In this document: in pieces, positions 34,764 to 37,383 of the stretch | How positions within the stretch are numbered: the first letter of the stretch is position 1 | Layout of the letters: each line of letters starts with the position of its first letter | IMG/VR virus record: IMGVR_UViG_2778261303_000009 | Reading direction: 5' to 3' (one strand) | Length of the DNA stretch: 37,383 nucleotides | Source of the DNA: a virus | Taxonomy: Duplodnaviria > Heunggongvirae > Uroviricota > Caudoviricetes | Program-made: the position numbers and the translations under genes | The notes under the pieces: model-generated | Told to the model about the DNA's origin: nothing | The model's input: the letters and a program-made list of their open reading frames with translations, nothing else | Databases searched by the model: none

Positions 34764-36449
34764 TTATCCTAATCCTGGCCATACCATGACGATGATTGTC
34801 CCTGCCAGCGTCAGCAGGACGTTGGCGATTGCATAGGTGCCCGCATAGCCCAGCGCCGGGATGTTACTGCGAGCTGTATCACTGATGATCTCCATTGCCG
34901 GCGCGCAGGTACGTGCGCCCATCATTGCGCCGAACAACAGCGCGCGGTTCATTCGCAATACATAAGCACCGAACAAGAAACAGATAACCACGGGCACCAG
35001 ACTGACAATCAATCCGGCAATCAACATCTGACCGCCAATCGCGCCCAGGCCGTTATTAATACCGCTACCGGCGCTCAGACCAACGCCTGCCATAAACACC
35101 ATCAAGCCGAACTCTTTCACCATGCTTAATGCACCCTGCGGAATGTAACCGAAGGTCGGGTGGTTAGCACGCATAAAGCCCAGCATAATTCCGGCGAATA
35201 ACAACCCGGCAGCGTTCCCCATGCCGAAACTGAATGTGCTGAACTGGAAGGTGATCATCCCGATCATCAGCCCAATAACAAAGAAGGCGCAAAATGCCAG
35301 CAGGTCAGTGACCTGGCTGTGAATCGAGATAAAGCCGATGCGATCGGCGATGGTTTTTACGCGACGGGCATCACCGCTGACTTGTAAAACGTCACCTTTG
35401 TTAAGCACGACGTTGTCATCTATCGGCATCTCAATCTGGCTACGAATGACGCGGTTAAGGAAGCAACCGTGATCGGTCAACTTCAGTTGTGCGAGACGTT
35501 TACCTACAGCGTTATGGTTTTTAACGACCACTTCTTCAGTGACGATACGCATGTCGAGAAGGTCACGATCGAAAACTTCTTTACCGTTACGGAAGCTGGG
35601 ATCGAGTCGGGCATGGGCGTCGGGATAGCCTACCAACGCTATTTCATCGCCCATTTGTAGCACGGCATCACCGTCTGGATTTGCCAGAATCCCGTTACGT
35701 CGAATACGTTCAATGTAGCAGCCGGTTTGTCGATAAATACCCAGTTCACGCAGATTTTTGCCGTCGGTCCAGGCCACCAGCTCCGGGCCGACGCGATAGG
35801 CGCGGATCACCGGTAAATAAACCTTACGGTTGGCATCAGTGTCCAGGCCACGTTCGCGGGCGATTTGCTGGGCGCTGGTCTGTAAGTCCTGATGCTGCAA
35901 TTTCGGCAAGTAACGCGCACCAACAATCAAACTCACCAGACCGATTAAATAGGTTAAGGCATACCCGAGGCTCAGATTATCCAGTGCCAGTGAGAGCTGC
36001 CTGCTTTCCATGCCGGAATGACGCAGTGTATCGCCAGCACCGACCAGAACCGGTGTCGACGTCATAGAGCCTGCTAACATACCGGCCGTCAGGCCAATAT
36101 CCCAGCCAAACAGCTTACCTAACCCTAAGGCGATCACCAGCGCACTGCCAACCATCACCAGTGCTAACATTAGGTAATTTTTCCCATCGCGAAAAAAAAT
36201 GGAAAAAAAGTTCGGTCCGGCTTCAACCCCAACACAGAAAATAAACAGCATAAAGCCAAGATTAAGCGCATCGGTGTTAATGCTGAAATGTTGTTGGCCT
36301 AATAACAGCGATACGACTAAAACGCCAATGGAATTACCCAGTTGGATCGAACCAAGTCGTAACTTTCCGAGACATAGCCCAAGCGCGAGGACCACAAATA
36401 ATAACAGAATGTAATTCCCATTTAACAATTCGGCGACGTTTATATTCAC
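34764..36449 (-). CDS. ybjL: Putative transport protein YbjL (AAE-type transporter with two RCK_C/TrkA-C domains)
   Basis: 561-aa membrane protein, N-terminus [42 protein letters not shown] matches E. coli YbjL as recalled. Synteny with ybjM and grxA. Confidence 0.85.
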
Positions 36450-36718
36450 GGAGGCTAACTTCTTGTTTACTAGTAAGCTGTTGAAAGAAATGGTAATTTA
36501 CGATAATGTTTTTTACCAGAATTCAGGGCGCAGATTCATTCAGCGCACCTAAACGATAGTAAAGTAACAATATATTTTACTAGTGTAATCACATTAGGTA
36601 TCAACGGCTATATGAATTGCGTTGGCCTATATTAGCATGGAATGCGAAGCGGCTTTATCTTACTGAACGCCACACTGGCGAAAAATGTGTTCGATAGACG
36701 CAGTGTCAGGAGGAACGA

Positions 36719-37096
36719 GTGAAACATAAACAACGTTGGGCGGGGGCAATCTGCTGTTTTGTCCTCTTCATTGTGGTGTGCCTTTTTCTGGCGACGCACA
36801 TGAAAGGCGCTTTTCGGGCTGCCGGGCATCCTGAAATCGGCTTGCTATTTTTCATTCTTCCTGGAGCAGTCGCCAGCTTCTTTTCACAGCGTAGAGAAGT
36901 CCTGAAACCTCTGTTTGGCGCAATGCTGGCGGCACCCTGTTCGATGCTCATTATGCGGCTGTTTTTTTCACCGACGCGCTCATTCTGGCAAGAGCTGGCA
37001 TGGTTATTAAGTGCGGTGTTCTGGTGTGCGCTGGGGGCACTGTGTTTCTTATTTATCAGTAGTTTGTTTAAACCACAGCACAGAAAAAATCAGTAA
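36719..37096 (+). CDS. ybjM: Inner membrane protein YbjM
   Basis: 125-aa hydrophobic ORF with a GTG start behind an AGGAGG RBS, between ybjL and grxA as in E. coli. Confidence 0.75.
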   Translation: MKHKQRWAGAICCFVLFIVVCLFLATHMKGAFRAAGHPEIGLLFFILPGAVASFFSQRREVLKPLFGAMLAAPCSMLIMRLFFSPTRSFWQELAWLLSAVFWCALGALCFLFISSLFKPQHRKNQ

Positions 37097-37116
37097 AGCC
37101 CTCAACGCGAGGGCTT
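37096..37116. terminator. Hairpin between convergent ybjM and grxA (aagccctc-aacgc-gagggctt)
   Basis: 8-bp perfect stem with a 5-nt loop, directly after the ybjM stop. An A/T-run lies on the grxA side. Confidence 0.35.
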
Positions 37117-37125
37117 GTCAGACGA

Positions 37126-37383
37126 TCAGGCGTCCAGATTTTCTTTCACCCATGCAGCAAAATCGGTATAGCCGCCGATATGTTGCTGATCGACAAAAAT
37201 CTGCGGCACGGTTTCTACGGGTTTACCTGCCTTTTGTTGTAGATCTTCTTTAGTGATCCCTTCCGCACGAATATCTACATAGTGATACTGAAAATCATCG
37301 TGTTCATTGCTCAATTTCTCAGCCAGATCTTTTGCACGCACACAGTAAGGGCAACCCGGACGACCAAAAATAACGGTTTGCAT
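37126..37383 (-). CDS. grxA: Glutaredoxin 1
   Basis: 85-aa ORF MQTVIFGRPGCPYCVRAKDLAEKL... with CPYC active site, matching E. coli GrxA. Complete ORF ending at the window edge. Confidence 0.9.
   Translation of the reverse strand: MQTVIFGRPGCPYCVRAKDLAEKLSNEHDDFQYHYVDIRAEGITKEDLQQKAGKPVETVPQIFVDQQHIGGYTDFAAWVKENLDA

Noticed and set aside
1-37383. CRISPR arrays, tRNA or rRNA genes
   Set aside because: No regularly spaced short direct repeats and no tRNA-like cloverleaf candidates were noticed, including at the att junction. This was not exhaustively computed.

Overview
The window holds almost all of a P2/186-family temperate myovirus prophage (bases 1 to about 34550), followed by 2.8 kb of Escherichia-type chromosome (ybjL, ybjM, grxA). 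The prophage reads: integrase, CI repressor, Apl/Cox-like, CII, small early ORFs, TraR-like zinc finger, Dam methylase, replication protein A, a LexA-boxed small ORF with a decayed DinI-like gene, an AT-rich three-gene cargo operon, then portal/terminase, capsid, lysis and tail modules, and Ogr. Three regions are not explained by the conserved phage backbone. (1) The three-gene cargo operon at 8011..10972, whose last protein carries RES-domain-like motifs, is the best candidate for an undescribed anti-phage or abortive-infection system. (2) A 584-aa AT-rich gene at 19443..21197, antisense to the late operon between S and V, ends in an RNxxxH HEPN-type motif. (3) A roughly 1.85-kb invertible tail-fibre segment with an adjacent serine invertase sits where P2 carries Z/fun. 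All calls rest on reading the sequence and recalled family knowledge; no database search was run.
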